From a virus (lineage: Duplodnaviria; Heunggongvirae; Uroviricota; Caudoviricetes), in the IMG/VR virus record IMGVR_UViG_2896595138_000003: a stretch of 21,651 nt of DNA. The stretch is one strand, 5' to 3'. This document shows positions 19,235 through 21,651 of the stretch, piece after piece. The stretch's first letter is position 1. Every line of letters begins with the position of its first letter. A model generated the notes under the pieces. That model searched no databases, was not told where the DNA came from, and worked only from the letters and a program-made list of their open reading frames with translations. The translations under genes and the position numbers were made by a program.

Positions 19235-20053
19235 TTAAGCAGCCATCTGATGATATTTTTCCCTGAAGGCTGCCGGGGAGATATTCCCCAGACGAGAGTG
19301 ACGACGCTGACGATTGTAGAAAATCTCAATGTATTCCCGTATTACTGAGATGGCTTCATCCCGGTTATTAAAACGATAGTGGCTCAGGCTCTCATTTTTC
19401 AGCGTTCCCCAGAAGCTTTCCATCGGAGCGTTGTCGTAACAGTTACCTTTACGCGACATTGATGTTTTCAGACCAAACTGCTCCTGTATGACCCGGTAAT
19501 CGTATGCGCAGTACTGTGAACCTCGATCAGAGTGGTGGATTAGCCCGGCAGGTGGGCGCTGGCTCCTGAGCGCCATAAACAGGGCTTTACCTGTCAGCTC
19601 TTTTGTCATGCGCTCTCCCATGGCGTAGCCGACAATTTCGCACGTATAAACATCTTTGATGCCAGCGAGGTACAACCATCCCTCCTGTGTGGCAACATAC
19701 GTCAGGTCCGCCACCCAGACCTGATTTGGTGCTGTAGGAGCGAACGTCTGGTTCAGCAGATTTGGCGCAACTGGCAGATTGTGGTTCGGGTTCGTAGTCG
19801 CTCTGAACTTGCGTTTCTGCTTACAGCGTAGCCTTAGCTCCTTACGAAGACGTGCCAGTCGGTCACGACCAACGATGATGCCATTCTCTGCCAGCTCCGT
19901 CTGGAGCCGCCGGGTTCCATATGTTTCGCGAGTGCGGATATGTGCCACCTTAATCTCCAGTTTTAGCCGCTCATCACTTTGTTTTCTGTCTGAGGGTTCA
20001 TGCTGTACCCAGTTGTAATAACCGCTCCTGGATACACCAAATACCTGACACAT
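19235..20053 (-). CDS. IS600 OrfB transposase, 272 aa
   Basis: Intact; differs from copy B at one residue (AMGERMTKE versus AMGARMTKE). Confidence 0.9.
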   Translation of the reverse strand: MCQVFGVSRSGYYNWVQHEPSDRKQSDERLKLEIKVAHIRTRETYGTRRLQTELAENGIIVGRDRLARLRKELRLRCKQKRKFRATTNPNHNLPVAPNLLNQTFAPTAPNQVWVADLTYVATQEGWLYLAGIKDVYTCEIVGYAMGERMTKELTGKALFMALRSQRPPAGLIHHSDRGSQYCAYDYRVIQEQFGLKTSMSRKGNCYDNAPMESFWGTLKNESLSHYRFNNRDEAISVIREYIEIFYNRQRRHSRLGNISPAAFREKYHQMAA

Positions 20054-20088
20054 CGCTTCAATGGGAAATTGTTGTCGCCATTGTTCGA

Positions 20089-20391
20089 TTAACGCGTATT
20101 TTTCAGCGACTCCTGTGCAAAATACGCTGTTGCTTTTTTTAATATATCTCGCTCAAGGCGAGCTTCATTTAACGCCTTACGCAGTTGCAGAATTTCAGAT
20201 TCCAGTTCAGCCACCGTGCGGGAACCAGGAGTACCGAGCCCTTTTCTGGCGGCGGTAACCCATTGTCCTAAAGTGCCTTCAGGAAGGGATAATCGGGAAG
20301 CGCCTTCACTGATCGAAAGTTGATTTTCAAGAACCGTTCTGACAGCTTCGGCTTTGAACTCTTTAGAGTAACGTTGGGTTTTTCTGCTCAT
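20089..20391 (-). CDS. IS600 OrfA, 100 aa
   Basis: Identical to copy A OrfA. Confidence 0.9.
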   Translation of the reverse strand: MSRKTQRYSKEFKAEAVRTVLENQLSISEGASRLSLPEGTLGQWVTAARKGLGTPGSRTVAELESEILQLRKALNEARLERDILKKATAYFAQESLKNTR

Positions 20392-20455
20392 TATTAGCTC
20401 CTTCTGATGCCATTCTATTTCAGGAAGGAGTGTCCGTTAAACTCAGGCTACCTCA

Positions 20456-21651
20456 ACATTCGCATCTGGTTCATGTTTCGAGGAAAACGATGTCGGGAAA
20501 CATTGAAAGGCTGGGAGATTACTAACAGTAACATTAAAAAGGCCGGGAATTTAAGAGCGTTGATAGTTCATGAAATCAGTTCCGGTGAATTTGAGTATTT
20601 AAGACGTTTGCCCCAGTCCAGCACTGGGGCAAAAATGGTGACAACGAGGGTCATAAAAACATTCGGGGAGCTTTGTGATATCTGGACAAAAATTAAAGAG
20701 ACAGAGTTAACAACAAACACAATGAAGAAAACGAAATCACAATTAAAAACACTCAGGATAATAATTTGTGAGAGTACCCCGATATCGCATATTCGTTATA
20801 GCGATATCTTCAACTACCGGAATGAACTGCTGCATGGAGAAACGCTTTACCTAGATAATCCAAGATCCAACAAAAAAGGAAGAACCGTGCGCACAGTTGA
20901 TAACTATATCGCCCTGCTCTGTTCGTTGTTACGTTTTGCGTATCAGTCGGGATTTATATCAACCAAACCATTTGAAGGAGTAAAAAAATTACAGCGAAAC
21001 AGAATAAAGCCTGACCCGTTATCTAAAACAGAATTCAATGCATTAATGGAAAGTGAAAAAGGACAGAGCCAAAACTTGTGGAAATTTGCCGTTTACTCCG
21101 GGCTTCGTCACGGGGAACTGGCAGCTCTGGCGTGGGAGGATGTGGATTTCGAGAAGGGAATTGTGAATGTCAGAAGAAACCTGACGATACTTGATATGTT
21201 CGGTCCCCCAAAAACAAATGCCGGGATCCGGACGGTAACATTACTGCAGCCGGCTCTTGAAGCACTGAAGGAGCAATACAAACTGACCGGGCATCATCGC
21301 AAAAGCGAAATCACTTTTTATCATCGGGAGTACGGCAGAACTGAAAAGCAAAAACTGCATTTTGTTTTCATGCCCAGGGTGTGTAACGAAAAACAGAAAC
21401 CTTATTACTCGGTAAGCAGTTTGGGTGCAAGATGGAATGCAGCAGTAAAACGTGCTGGTATTCGCCGCCGTAATCCGTACCATACGCGACATACTTTTGC
21501 CTGCTGGCTGTTGACGGCAGGAGCGAACCCGGCATTTATAGCCAGCCAGATGGGGCATGAAACTGCGCAAATGGTGTATGAAATTTACGGTATGTGGATT
21601 GATGACATGAACGACGAACAGATAGCCATGTTGAATGCGCGGTTATCGTAG
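20456..21651 (+). pseudogene. int: Lambdoid prophage tyrosine integrase, 5' end (about 14 codons) replaced by IS600 copy C; possibly Rac IntR-like
   Basis: Catalytic-domain motifs (GLRHGELAAL, HTRHTFACWLL, GHETAQMVYEIYG); the first 16 codons of ORF 20407..21651 derive from the IS600 end; the Rac-like assignment is from memory and not verified. Confidence 0.8.

Larger units (their letters stand above)
19192..20455 (-). mobile_element. IS600 (IS3 family) copy C, 1264 bp
   Basis: Flanking trinucleotides GTG and ACA differ, so no target-site duplication. Confidence 0.9.

Noticed and set aside
20407-20455. First 16 codons of the 414-aa integrase ORF
   Set aside because: These codons lie inside the IS600 copy C left end; they are not the integrase N-terminus.

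Overview
This 21.6-kb window is an IS-riddled mosaic of cryptic prophage remnants, typical of a Shigella / E. coli chromosome (the IS600 and IS911 identifications are from recognised protein sequences and element length, not from a database search). Positions 201-9389 carry a minus-strand myovirus-type (P2/Mu-like) tail module: two tandem tail-fibre plus tail-fibre-assembly pairs and baseplate genes at the I, J, W and V positions plus one upstream tail gene; most are frame-disrupted. An IS110-family element (3845-5295) sits 33 bp upstream of the tail-fibre start. Positions 9390-12855 are an IS pile-up: an IS66-family right-end fragment, IS600 copy A and an internally deleted IS911. Next comes a lambdoid lysis cassette on the plus strand (holin remnant, SAR endolysin with a premature TAG, Rz with embedded Rz1), whose 3' end is cut by a second IS110-family copy (13861-15311). 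A DedA/YqaA-like membrane protein gene is marooned between IS elements. IS600 copy B (16146-17409) precedes a Rha-family regulator and four small, translationally coupled ORFs; IS600 copy C (19192-20455) cuts off the 5' end of a tyrosine integrase that ends exactly at the window edge. No CRISPR array, tRNA or rRNA was seen. The strongest leads are the IS110 5' leader as a candidate bridge RNA, the uncharacterised small-gene operon next to Rha, and a pattern of frame disruptions at homopolymer runs that may be sequencing artefacts rather than real pseudogenes. I found no clearly novel multi-gene system. Coordinates I derived myself (IS ends, hairpins) may be off by 1-2 bp.
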